Assembly: GCA_032718475.1 (NCBI GenBank) | Contig: JAUCBJ010006798.1 | Span: 1,972 to 65,971, forward strand | DNA: 64,000 nucleotides | Source: Nemertoderma westbladi | Lineage: Eukaryota; Animalia; Xenacoelomorpha | Direction: 5' to 3' | In this document: one piece after another, positions 24,653-37,235 of the stretch | How the letters are laid out: each line of letters starts with the position of its first letter | How positions within the stretch are numbered: position 1 is the stretch's first letter | Notes under the pieces: model-generated | What the model saw: only the letters and a program-made list of their open reading frames with translations | What the model was told of the DNA's origin: nothing | The model's database searches: none | Translations under genes and position numbers: made by a program

Positions 24653-25816
24653 ACAGGAGACTACAAATCTCCACCCAATATTGGTAAATAGATGTGGGAC
24701 CTTGATTGGCATTGGGATTTATTCATTTCGTATTTTCTTTTACTAACCACAGCAATTAATTTAACTGTGTGTTTCCTATTTTTTACTATTCCGCTGGAGT
24801 TTCTGACAAATATATATATATATTTTTTTCCATTCAAATTTTAACATTGAAACATAATTTCCTGGAATACCTTAATCATAATACTATAAATACTTACATT
24901 CATTACTATTTATATATGTTGCAGTTTGAGTCACGCACTAGCTATGCTATGTGCCTTAAACTGTAGATATACTGAGCTACATAAATATTAGTTTATTTGT
25001 GCAGTAGGCCCATACACCATTATATTCTGTAATGTCTGTTATGTAAATTAAATTAAATGAATTAAATGAATTAAATGAATAAATGAATAAATGAATTGGC
25101 CGCCACATAGACCTACTGTATTTTAGTTATTTGTATTTGTATTACTGTATGTGCATTTGTAATCCTCTTCACTGTAGATAGAGACAGCGGTGGAATTCCA
25201 TTGTCTTTATACGTGAACATGGAGGGTAGTACCCTTATGTATCACATAGGAGCGGGATTGTGTGTACAGTAGGAATGGAATTCCACTTGGAACCCACAAG
25301 TGAGACATTTTTTCAAAAATTATTAGACAAATCCATTTATTTGGATTAAAATTTAAGAAAAACGATTCTCCAGTGAAAGCAAATTCTAGAATACAGCTAG
25401 ATAATAATTAAAATTGGGGAGGACAAGAGCGGATGGAAGGCTTGCGAGCCTACCGATAAATTTTTTTTGGAAAAGAAAATCGGCCTTGTTCTACGTAGTC
25501 GTGTCTACTATTATTTAGACCAATTAATTCTCGACTGCACTATTTTCTTGGGAAATGTAGCATGGGAAATTAAAAGGTGAGTATTTTAGACTCGCGGCTA
25601 GTTTACCCGGAATTCGTTTTTTTATTGGCACATTTTTTGGATTAGGAGCCAGTGCGAAATCACGCGAACCCGAAATCATTAGGCAAATGGGTTGGGGTTT
25701 AGAGCAGAGTTGAGCCAAAAGCCGACAAACTCTAAGTCACCTCACATCTAACCTCTATTTTGTGCTTCATCTAGTAGAAACGTAACGATATGTAACCACA
25801 TATATATTCGTATACG

Positions 25817-28800
25817 ATGGAGAAGATGTATAAAGAGTTACGTCAAGGGTTTACGCAAGAACAAGAGCACCAGGCGCCATTCAATCGTTATGGAGCTAAA
25901 AACTTTAGTGTGTTTGGAGTGGAGAGTATGGCTAGGAGTACGGCCATGCTCGCTAAATCCAAGGCGGACCCGAATGTTACGCGACAGCGGTTGGACGCAT
26001 ACAACAAAAGAACGGAGGAATTACGCGTGGAGTTCAATGCGTTATATCCCTACGATGCGTTATGCGACGCTAGCGACATTTGCGAGGATCCAGACACCGA
26101 AATATGCCGATTGTATCATACGCTGCAATATTTGACAGTAAACGAACCCTTACCTGCAGCTAGAGACGAATTTGAAGGAATGCATCTTTATAGACGCGCT
26201 CAAGGAGCGGATCCAGAGACCAAGGACGCGTTCTCCATATACAAACTGTTTTATAAATGTGGAGCGTGTATGCGCGAGCAAGACAACGCGATTCCTATGC
26301 GGTTGAACTCGGAGAACCCCGAGCCGATATTAGCGCGATGTTCACACCACCAAAGTCTACGTTACCAAGAAGGCGGATACCCTTTGACAAATCCGTATCA
26401 TTCGTTTAAAATGAGTGGACCGAACGCGGGTGAGATCGTTATTTACGAACCCAAATTAGTCGAACCAGACGTCTACAGCATGGTAGTGGACGAGTCTAAT
26501 AAGTCGACACAAGAGAAACGGGAAGCTTTGAGCCTCTACAGGGCGTACAAGGCGTACGAGAAAGGCGAGATCGAGGAGTTCGGTGGAAGGCTCGCGAGCC
26601 TACCATTCTATTGGATATCCCACGATCAAACCGAACCCAAGGAGATGACACCCGAGCTCTTCGATAGTATCACCTTTGCTCAGCGTTTGTCGCAGAGACT
26701 ACAGATACCTCATGTCGAGATGACGCGAGAACCTCAGCCCCATTCTACTGGAGCGATAGTACCGGTTGCGAGACCAACTAGTTTTCCTATTAGTATACCA
26801 ACCTGGAAGGAGACAACTTACGAGATCCCTATAGTTGAACACCCGGAGATCATCTCGAACCTGGATTTCCTCCCATCGGTTACCTTTGGTGATGTGTTAG
26901 AGTCAGCCGAGTTGCGTAAAGTAATAGTTCAAAAAATCGTACGCAACGTGCCTCCACATATTATGGACTTTAAGGAAGTGGATCGCGCGGGGACGGATAT
27001 CGCACCTTGTATCTTGCGAGGATATCTGACGAAGACGATTCGATTATGGATCGGAGTTGGAACGTTTGAGACCGACACCGATATCGCGACCAATTGGACC
27101 GGTAAACCTATTAGTTTCGATGATGAAAAGTCGATTGGGAGAATTTGGAACCCTACCGACGATTTACTCGACGATTGGGACGTGACTAGCCGATCTCTGA
27201 AAGAGAATGGTTATATGTTTTACGATAATGAAGGAGGAAGCCATCAGCAAAGCCTCACTTCAAAGACTATACAGATTAGACCACCAGATGGCGTGTTACA
27301 TGTCTTCAGCCGACAGAGGAGTGATAGGAAGATGCCTATGCCGGAAGGAACGACGCAAAGACACGCGATGATAAAACGGATAGTTAAATCCATGGACCTG
27401 GCTTGTAGCATAGAAGCTAGGATGTTGCCAAAGGCCGTGCGAGACGTTGTGTTGGACAAGAGCATCGTCAAGATCAGATCCGGTGTACGGGATGACCTTA
27501 TTAGCGATTTTGCAGGGATGCCCACGGAAGAGGACCAATTGCCTACGCCATACGTGGATACTAGACCATTGTTGCTTTGGGCTATTGAGCAAGGATATTT
27601 TAGGGAGTATAACACGCTAAAAACTGGGACGGGTTATATCTCATATCTAATGTTCAGTTGGGATTACAAGGAGAGTAAGAGGAACAAATACATGGACGTA
27701 TACAGAGAGGGAGATACCCCCGGCGTAAACGAGTTCGAGTCACAGTTGAAGTGACGAGGTTGTGTGTATTGGGCGATTACTTCACCTCCGCGGATAATCT
27801 TGCAATACTATTTAGCGATAGAATCTTCGGTTAACGTTTGTTTCATCGCGGACGTAGTATCCAGAACCCTAAAGCGACACCCGTTATGTCTTGGCGAAGG
27901 ACATACCTTTTACGATGGAGGAAGGACGCATACTGATGTATTCCGACGATTTCTCCAACCCTTTTATAACACTGCTGCGCACTGCGAAGTTTTCAAGCGA
28001 GCGGGACTTAGCATTTTCAGGGACGTCTATCTCTCTCACGCGGCAAGTCTAGTCGACAGACCGTCGATGTTAACGTTAGTACCCTATGACGGGGAACGCC
28101 ACGTGGAATTCGAACGCCCGGAAGGATCCTGGAAGGCTCGCGAGCCTACCGCCCATCACGACGATGTGGATCCGACCGAGTTGGCGCTAATAGACGAACC
28201 GTTACAGCAACTCATAGAGATAGGGGAGAACCTTCCGAGGAAGACGCGAACTGAGATACGCGAGTTGGAGAAAAGCGATGCCATGGTTTGTGTACAACCT
28301 ACGGAGACGAACATACCGACTGACCCGGATGATGAGAATTATCACGTGGACGGTAGCGCTTGCCCCATCGGAGATCTCATCTATGAGCGAGTTTGGTATC
28401 CTGCCAACACTATTTGTGGCAGATGCGGAGCAACTGGCCATCGCAGTGCGGAGCGAAGCACATATCTCTACCGGATTTAGTATGCAACTGGTGCGGGGAT
28501 CAGCGTTCGCACACTTTCTACACTTGCTGGCGTTTCGTGGCGCAGTGTACTTATTGTAATATTAAGGGCCATAGGGCATCCGAATGTCAACTTAGAGACG
28601 TCCCCTATGAGCACATGTCAGTTAAAATCGTTCGACAATTATTCGACCATTGGGAGGATCTAGCAGACGAGCATGTATCGACGCAGCGACGCCGCTTCCC
28701 TATGAGAGCACATTTGGGATTTTGGGCCGTAAACCCTCTCATAATGTCAAAGGAAGGATATGTATCGGCTATGCCTCAGTATGATGAATTGTTGGAGGTA

Positions 28801-29562
28801 TTGGATATATTGCCGTTGGACAGTGGATTCAAAGTTGTGCGGGACTATTTCTTACAAGTGCACCCCGACAACAAGAATACTTGGAACTTTCAAACTGTGG
28901 TGAACAAGATTACCGCCGGAGAATTCGATAAACTGCGAGTTGAACAGCGGAATCGAGGAGCCTGGCATTCGATAGCTTGGGCATACCGGAGCGCATTTTA
29001 TCACAAACGCGTAACCTCGTGTATTCTGGACGAGACCGACGTTTTGCGTGAGACTGGCTTCAAGGCCACGCCATTAGCAGAAAAGACGCGTCACCCACAG
29101 GATGATCAGCAATTTCGTATACTCAAAGCCCAGAAGGCCGGACAAGAGATAAAGAAGATAGTGAATGTCGCCGAGAGGACGACATCGAAGTCGCAAATCC
29201 GGATGACTCGGGGCACGGTTTCCCTTGCTAGAGAACCACGCGGAGGGACAGGATACGCTTTGACTGAACCCATTAGGATTCAAACGACGTCAGAGAGCGA
29301 GGTGTCAACGGACGGAACGGTCCTACCCTTTCGACTTCCTCCTAGCGTTGTAGAGACTCGATCCGATGTTAAGCCGACAGTTGGAATCGGACGAGGATTT
29401 AGAGGATTGAGCGCACGACGGATGTGCAAAACTCCCGTCGTCCCCTTTCCTAGCGTTTTGGAACCACCGACGACTCGACGCCGAAGTCCGAGCCCAGTTC
29501 GACCTCGACCACCCCCCAATCGCACTAGAGGACGTGGACGAGCCCGCTCAGCGAAGGAATAG
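25817..29562 (+). pseudogene. Accessory ORF3 of B (~1250 codons reconstructed): CxxC..CxxH motif, DEDDy 3'-5' exonuclease-like domain, 3 CCHC knuckles, Arg/Pro-rich tail
   Basis: ORFs 25817-27754, 27764-28480 and 28393-29562 join via one in-frame TGA and a frameshift near 28455. Motifs FYDNEG, IQI, LPKAVRDVVLDKSIVKIRSGVRDD, YVDT, W..LQYYLAIE. Collinear homolog at 47580-50766. Confidence 0.82.
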
Positions 29563-29597
29563 GAAGCGAGGAGAAGGAAGGCTTGCGAGCCTACCGA

Positions 29598-29677
29598 TTT
29601 GGATATTATATTTGGATATTATATTTGGATATTATATTTGGATATTATATTTGGATATTTATATTGGACATTATGTT
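29598..29677 (+). repeat. 13-bp tandem repeat between two palindromic motifs
   Basis: (GGATATTATATTT)n, ~5-6 copies. Confidence 0.8.
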
Positions 29678-30213
29678 TGAATGTTGGGTTTGGAGGAGCG
29701 AGATATGGAAAGGAAGGCTTGCGAGCCTACCGTTAGCAATTGGTGCTCAGGAGAAGATATCCAGACCAGCAGGACGAACTTTTAAGATCGTCAGGAGGAC
29801 TCTTTAAGACTCATTTTAAAGTTATTAGCGCATTGTGTTTATATTATATTTGAACTGATTTAATTTGGTGGAAGTTTATTATGTATATTTACAATATGTA
29901 AAGATTTATCGAAAGAGATTTGAAATTATTTGTTTGATTTATTCTAATTTGTTTTGATTCTAATTTGTTTAATTTGCTTACCTTGATAACCGAAAGCCTT
30001 TTTTGTATTTTAGGCACTAAAGTTAATTAGTAAATTTGTATTTGTATGTACGATCGATTGTATTTACGCCGTATCTGCAATATTAAGTATGCAATAATTA
30101 GATAGTGATTATATTTTATATTTTAGGCCCCACCAGTAGATTTAGAAGTAGTTTGTAAATATTTTATATTTCGATTGGTGAAAACAGTCTTACTTACTGT
30201 TTTCATGGAGCGG

Positions 30214-32531
30214 TGATGAATTATTTCACTATAAGATAGCATTTGTAGTTTAACTTTAACGTAAAAACTTTCGAAAATCCGACGCATTTTGATTAAGTTA
30301 CAGTAATGTAATATGCCTATTCATATTTGTACACATAAATCCCTTAGGTACTCTCGTGGCGTAGTGGTCAGATGGTTAAGGCGTTGGTTACATTACATAG
30401 GTTACGAGTTCGAATCCCAGTCGGGAAATTTGTATTTTGGGGCCATTTATTTTCATTTGGTGCAAATTGGTGGACCAATGAGAAGCGTACAACGTAGCGA
30501 AAGATGAGCCAGGCCAATCATAGGGCATAAAATATCTTATTGCTCAAATGTGAGGCTATGGAAAATTCTGTTAGGATTCCATGTCCCAGATTAGTGTAAG
30601 GGCCGGATTGCGTTGAACGATGAGCTGGGCCAATCATAGGGCATAAAGCACTTTATTGCTCAAATGTGAAGCTGTGGAAAATTCTGTTTGGTTTCCATGT
30701 GCGATATTTAGTATAAAAAGGCCGGTTTGCCTTCGGTTATCACCCCCTTATAACACCACTTCTTAGATCTACCTTATACTTCTAAATTGTTGTTAGTTTA
30801 TTTGGTTTCTTGTTGAAACTTTGTTAATCTGTTTGATAAATCCTTTGTAAAACTGTAAATATACTGCAAATTCCTGAACATGTTTTCTTTTGGTCCAACT
30901 TCGGGACAGCCAAACATCGGGAAGATGGCAGCCTAGACCGTTAGGCCGTCAGCAACGCAGGGGAAAGATGTCCACAACACGCTAGCGCCCACATTGGATT
31001 TGACCGCGCACCCCCTTTGCCCTTCGAAATACTCCACTTGCCATGCAGCGCCCGCTTTGTGAGAAAGGTAAGACTTTGTTCGACGCCCTTGCCCGCCGTA
31101 AGACCTATAGATCAGGGTAAGCGTGACGCCGTCCTGGACGCCGCAAATTTTAGGATCAAATAATTATATTTTAGACAGGACCCCCCCCCCCCCCCCCCCC
31201 CCCCCCTTGTCAAATCCTACGAACCCCTGGGTTAACCTGTACTTCCTACAGGTGCGAACTATTGCCATTCGTCAGTACGCGAGTACATAGGTACGGACAG
31301 CATATGTTCCATAATTTAGTGATTCGTAGTACTGACTGTTTGGTACCGGTTCGCTTTGTAGAACGTACATTAGTACCCCCCCCCCCCCCCCCCCCCCCCC
31401 CTGTCTGGAGTTAGCTATTTGATCAGGCAAGGAGTATTTCTGCTACCGGCACACTGCTTGGCCTAGGGAGGTTTATTTATATCCTACCGCGCCTTGCCAC
31501 GTACTGATAGGTATTGCTGCTAACTACCGCGGCAACAAAGTTCTAGAATTAAATTTGTATACCAGATCAGCTAACGTACGGTAGCGATTAACCCCTATTT
31601 CTTATCTTACAACCAGAATCTGGTATTAGTGCCGATTGACGTCATTTGTGAGTATAAAAGTTCTACAAAACGCGACTAGTTTATTTTAGTAGCTAGCGCA
31701 CGGTATCATTTCGGTCAGAAAATCACTAAAACCTAGTAAAAGAAATACACGAAATTGTTTTATTTGTAACACACCCACACACACACGCCCTAAAACATAT
31801 TCGCCCTTAGAGTTCTACTAGCTATAGCGCACTATACATTATTTTAGGTAGAAATTATCTGTATTTGTAAATTAGGATCTGATATTTAGTTGCGGCAAGA
31901 GAGAGTATTTCATTTCGTTATTAAACTGTTGGTTCCTGTTCAGCAGTATTGTTACATTTAGGCTTGACCCTTTAGACTGATTTCGTACAGGGGGATCAGT
32001 TATTGTTACATTTAGGCACGACCCTTTTTCGACTGATTTAGGATTGAATCAGTGTTGTTACGCTAGGTCTGTTAACCCACTAGCTCGTATATAAACCATA
32101 TAAATCACACCGCGGCAAGTTACTGTATTTAGGACTGTCAGTGATAGTTAGGATTCGCTGCGCGGGGATTGTTTTCCCGTGAGTTTGGTCTGTTACTGTA
32201 ACTGTACATCTGCCTCACCGGTTAGAGGACAGGTATCCTTTTGTCTAGTACGTAGGCATTAGACCCGCTCACGTACATAGAATAGATACTAGGCTCTGTT
32301 CCTCGCCAGTAGTCGTTTGTGTATTGTATCTGTTTGTTTAGATATCCTGGACTGGGATTTGTTGTCAGATACTGTACGAGCCCGTATACATTACTAGAGT
32401 CTCATAGTAAGATACATCGTTACTAGGATCTGGTAAGCGGTATACTACTGGACCTTACAGTTTCGATGTTTGTTTACGCTGGTTTTTCATTTATTGGTGT
32501 TCCTCTTCGATTCCCCGCCTCTAAATTTACA
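30214..32531 (+). repeat. Probable 3' LTR of B (~2.3 kb; right end approximate)
   Basis: PPT GGAGCGG|TGATG; duplicated CCAAT block (~30503, ~30619); TATAAAA ~30712; layout and size resemble E's LTRs; ends ..TTTACA before AT-rich host DNA. Confidence 0.6.
30351..30427 (+). promoter_or_regulatory. tRNA-derived segment with Pol III A and B boxes inside B's LTR
   Basis: A box TGGCGTAGTGG (30357-30367); B box GAGTTCGAATCCC (30406-30418); no intact cloverleaf. Confidence 0.6.
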
Positions 32532-32974
32532 ACTAATATTAAAGCTCTAAGATGCTACCTAAAGTAAAATTAGGATATCCAAAGCATAATAATTTTATTT
32601 TGTTACTTATTAGGCCAATTTTAAAGTAACGTATACAAATGTATACGAAAGGAAGGAAAGGGATAAATTATAAAAGTTAAATACAATATTTATTTTAAAA
32701 AATTTCCAGAAAATTTTTGCAACTGAACGGTAAAAACCAACTATTTTTCACATGTGCGATCGTACACTTTCGTACGAGCCAACAGCTAACATCAAATAAT
32801 AATAATAATATATATAATATTAATGTATATATATTCAAGATAAATGGTCTAAGTATTGTTTTATCTTGACTAAAACTCAGATTTTATCAGCTAACTCATC
32901 TAACAATACAATCCAATAATTTATTCAGCCAACCTTCTTTACCTAACCCATCAACCCTCACTTATACGTAAACT

Positions 32975-33624
32975 TTATTGTATAAATTTGGACCAACCTT
33001 GAATCAGTATTTTCATTTCAACCATTTGAACTGGGTTAATCCCGGATAGGCTATTCCATCTAGGTCCTTTATTATCTAACGCTCCGTATAATCCATTAAG
33101 ATTGGAATGATGGCAATTGTTGTACCACCACGCCCCGTTATACTCCTGAGCGCAGTTCTTTTGTAACTCCATATCTAAATCGTTGTCATATGTTGTAAAC
33201 GCCATTCCATTGTGGACTTGTTTTGGAGAATTATCGTTGGTCAGCGAATCGCCGGCAGTAGAATCCTGGTCATTGTATCCTGATATCTTTAGCTCATAGT
33301 TGGTGGCAGCAGATAGAACTTCAAAGGATGAATATTCTGCATAACTCACAATATTATTGTAGCAAAGTCCTACTCTCAGTTGAACTCCTCCCTGCTGGGT
33401 GAGCTGGTGAATATTTTCGAGGCCAAGCCAAAACTCGTTGTTTATGTCTCCGAACCCAGTTACGTATTCATCCCAATTTCTATAGAAATCAACAATCCCA
33501 TTCATTCTTCGTTGAATGACGATCCATTGATCTCCTTGTTGATCGTCGTAACGAAGATAACCGTTGAGACTGTTTACAGTGGCAGGAAGAACTTCTCCAT
33601 TAGATTGTAACTCCGCGCATGTTA
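32975..33624 (-). CDS. Terminal exon of a host gene: fibrinogen C-terminal (FReD) domain, ficolin/angiopoietin-like
   Basis: WIVIQRR.NG.VDFYRNWDEYVTGFG..EFWLGLENIHQLT..HNGMAFTTYDND..GAWWYNNCHHSNLNG; acceptor TTTTCATATAG ending at 33625, phase 1. Confidence 0.9.
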
Positions 33625-34369
33625 CTATATGAAAAGAGGTAACGATGAAATATAAAATAATGAAACATTATGAAATAATTATTAAGAAATTCAAACAATT
33701 TATACAATCTATGGATGTTAAAACATATAAACATTATAAAATAATATTTTATATTAGACGACACTACAGACTTGTAACTAATGATTAATTGTAATAAGAA
33801 AATGTTAACTGATACTTTCTTTTTAACTGTATTAAAATTTGGAACACGTTGCCTAATAAAATAAAAAACCTCGATATTCGCCCTTTTTTTTATTTTTTTA
33901 GGATAATTTATTGAACATTAAATAATAATATAAATAATATATTACTATCACAATATATTATATAAAGTTTTAATAAACGATTCAATATTGATACTAAATC
34001 TCTATTTTAAATACTCTATTTCCTTGGAAACGGGACATCAACCAATAGGATTGCAGGCGGGTTGCGGGGGGGGGGGGGGGTGGAGGGGGGGGGGGGGATT
34101 CTACCACCACTACATTGGCAAGAAAGGCTGTCGTCTACACCATTAGCAGTCACTGTTGCTCCAAACCTAAATACTGTCAGGTATTCGATTCAAATACTGT
34201 CAGCTCTTGAAAGTGTCTTAATGTGTAAGTAATGTTACAATTTTGGAATAAAACTACCTACATGCTTGTTGCAAAGTACTTTACAGTGTTCTGATCCTCG
34301 TGGCTTTATTTTCACTCACTCACTAACGTTCGTTCGTGTAACAAAGCAATCGGATCATCACACTGTAAA

Positions 34370-34493
34370 GTGCTGGTTCGATCTCTAGATATGGTAGAAG
34401 TATTTGGGAACAGTGCTTTTTTTAAATGCTGCATGCTAGACCAACCCTGGCTTTAATCCTTCACTGGTCGGTAAATGGGAACCAAGGCAACTT
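34370..34493 (+). mobile_element. Possible tRNA-derived SINE fragment leading into the minisatellite
   Basis: B-box-like GGTTCGATCTC at ~34375 and ATCCTTCACTGGTCGGTAAATGGGAACCA, resembling (from memory) an invertebrate SINE central domain. Confidence 0.4.
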
Positions 34494-37235
34494 GGGAAAC
34501 GAGTGGAAGGGTTTACTGTGGAAGATCACCCATGGTGTGGTGAACAGGCATTCCTTTAGGAAACAGAGTGGAAGGGTTTACTGTGGAAGATCACCCATGG
34601 TGGTGAACAGGCATTCCTTTATGAAACAGAGTGGAAGGGTTTACTGTGGAAGATCACCCATGGTGGTGGTGAACAGGCATTCCTTTAGGAAACAGAGTGG
34701 AAGGGTTTACTGTGGAAGATCACCCATGGTGGTGAACAGGCATTCCTTTATGAAACAGAGTGGAAGGGTTTACTGTGGAAGATCACCCATGGTGGTGAAC
34801 AGGCATTCCTTTAGGAAACCGAGTGGAAGGGTTTACTGTGGAAGATCACCCATGGTGTGGTGAACAGGCATTCCTTTATGAAACAGAGTGGAAGGGTTTA
34901 CTGTGGAAGATCACCCATGGTGGTGAACAGGCATTCCTTTAGGAAACAGAGTGGAAGGGTTTACTGTGGAAGATCACCCATGGTGGTGAACCGGCATTCC
35001 TTTAGGAAACAGAGTGGAAGGGTTTACTGTGGAAGATCACCCATGGTGGCGAACAGGCATTCTTTTAGGAAACCGAGTGGAAGGGTTTACTGTGGAAGAT
35101 CACCCATGGTGTGGTGAACAGGCATTCCTTTATGAAACAGAGTGGAAGGGTTTACTGTGGAAGATCACCCATGGTGGTGAACAGGCATTCCTTTAGGAAA
35201 CAGAGTGGTAGGGTTTACTGTGGAAGATCACCCATGGTGGTGAACCGGCATTCCTTTAGGAAACCGAGTGGAAGGGTTTACTGTGGAAGATCACCCATGG
35301 TGTGGTGAACAGGCATTCCTTTATGAAACAGAGTGGAAGGGTTTACTGTGGAAGATCACCCATGGTGGTGAACAGGCATTCCTTTAGGAAACAGAGTGGA
35401 AGGGTTTACTGTGGAAGATCACCCATGGTGTGGTGAACAGGCATTCCTTTATGAAACAGAGTGGAAGGGTTTACTGTGGAAGATCACCCATGGTGGTGAA
35501 CAGGCATTCCTTTAGGAAACAGAGTGGAAGGGTTTACTGTGGAAGATCACCCATGGTGTGGTGAACAGGCATTCCTTTATGAAACAGAGTGGAAGGGTTT
35601 ACTGTGGAAGATCACCCATGGTGATGAACAGGCATTCCTTTAGGAAACAGAGTGGTAGGGTTTATTGTGGAAGATCACCCATGGTGGTGAACCGGCATTC
35701 CTTTAGGAAACCGAGTGGAAGGGTTTACTGGGGAAGAGCACCCATGGTGGTGAACAGGCATTCCTTTATGAAACAGAGTGGAAGGGTTTACTGGGGAAGA
35801 GCACCCATGGTGGCGAACAGGCATTCTTTTAGGAAACCGAGTGGAAGGGTTTACTGTGGAAGATCACCCATGGTGTGGTGAACAGGCATTCCTTTATGAA
35901 ACAGAGTGGAAGGGTTTACTGTGGAAGATCACCCATGGTGGTGAACAGGCATTCCTTTAGGAAACAGAGTGGTAGGGTTTACTGTGGAAGATCACCCATG
36001 GTGGTGAACCGGCATTCCTTTAGGAAACAGAGTGGAAGGGTTTACTGGGGAAGAGCACCCATGGTGGCGAACAGGCATTCTTTTAGGAAACCGAGTGGAA
36101 GGGTTTACTGTGGAAGATCACCCATGGTGTGGTGAACAGGCATTCCTTTATGAAACAGAGTGGAAGGGTTTACTGTGGAAGATCACCCATGGTGGTGAAC
36201 AGGCATTCCTTTAGGAAACAGAGTGGTAGGGTTTATTGTGGAAGATCACCCATGGTGGTGAACCGGCATTCCTTTAGGAAACAGAGTGGAAGGGTTTACT
36301 GGGGAAGAGCACCCATGGTGGCGAACAGGCATTCTTTTAGGAAACCGAGTGGAAGGGTTTACTGTGGAAGATCACCCATGGTGTGGTGAACAGGCATTCC
36401 TTTATGAAACAGAGTGGAAGGGTTTACTGTGGAAGATCACCCATGGTGATGAACAGGCATTCCTTTAGGAAACAGAGTGGTAGGGTTTATTGTGGAAGAT
36501 CACCCATGGTGGTGAACCGGCATTCCTTTAGGAAACCGAGTGGAAGGGTTTACAGTGGAAGAGCACCCATGGTGTGGTGAACAGGCATTCCTTTATGAAA
36601 CAGAGTGGAAGGGTTTACTGTGGAAGATCACCCATGGTGGTGAACAGGCATTCCTTTGGGAAACAGAGTGGAAGGGTTTACTGTGGAAGAGCAACCATGG
36701 TGTGGTGAACAGGCATTCCTTTATGAAACAGAGTGGAAGGGTTTACTGTGGAATATCACCCATGGTGGTGAACAGGCATTCCTTTGGGAAACAGAGTGGA
36801 AGGGTTTACTGTGGAAGAGCAACAATGGTGTGGTGAACAGGCATTCCTTTGGGAAACAGAGTGGAAGGGTTTACTGTGGAAGAGCAACCATGGTGTGGTG
36901 AACAGGCATTCCTTTATGAAACAGAGTGGAAGGGTTTACTGTGGAAGATCACCCATGGTGGTGGACCGGCATTCCTTTAGGAAACCGAGTGGAAGGGTTT
37001 ACTGTGGAAGAGCAACCATGGTGTGGTGAACAGGCATTCCTTTATGAAACAGAGTGGAAGGGTTTACTGTGGAAGATCACCCATGGTGGTGAACAGGCAT
37101 TCCTTTGGGAAACAGAGTGGAAGGGTTTACTGTGGAAGAGCAACCATGGTGTGGTGAACAGGCATTCCTTTAGGAAACAGAGTGGAAGGGTTTACTGTGG
37201 AAGAGCAACCATGGTGTGGTGAACAGGCATTCCTT
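34494..37235. repeat. Intronic minisatellite, 63/65-bp unit, ~43 copies
   Basis: Unit GAAACAGAGTGGAAGGGTTTACTGTGGAAGATCACCCATGGTG(TG)GTGAACAGGCATTCCTTTAG/T; no unique spacers. Confidence 0.97.

Larger units (their letters stand above)
9299..32531 (+). mobile_element. BEL/Pao element B (5' half upstream of window), carrying accessory ORF3; host to nested insertions
   Basis: pol pieces 9299-11850, 13033-13901 and 24658-24691 rejoin (..GPI|IAKRGRVQVKRWG..; ..EETRNETG|DYKSPPNIGK*), then ORF3, PPT GGAGCGG and LTR. Confidence 0.88.

Noticed and set aside
25817-29562. env gene
   Set aside because: No signal peptide, TM helix or fusion-protein features; motifs indicate nuclease and zinc knuckles.
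30351-30427. Functional tRNA gene
   Set aside because: No convincing anticodon or acceptor stems and no adjacent terminator.
30881-30916. TGGTCC.. as a PBS implying a second tandem element after a 667-bp LTR
   Set aside because: No gag follows, and the downstream 1.6 kb fits a ~2.3-kb LTR like E's; the end remains uncertain.
31180-31402. Long C homopolymers as G-quadruplex signals
   Set aside because: Similar runs occur throughout the window in unrelated contexts, and their length is assembly-sensitive.
34494-37235. CRISPR-like array or repeat protein (MVVNRHSF..CGRSP)
   Set aside because: Units are contiguous with no unique spacers, no cas genes, and 65-bp units break the frame; it is an intronic minisatellite.
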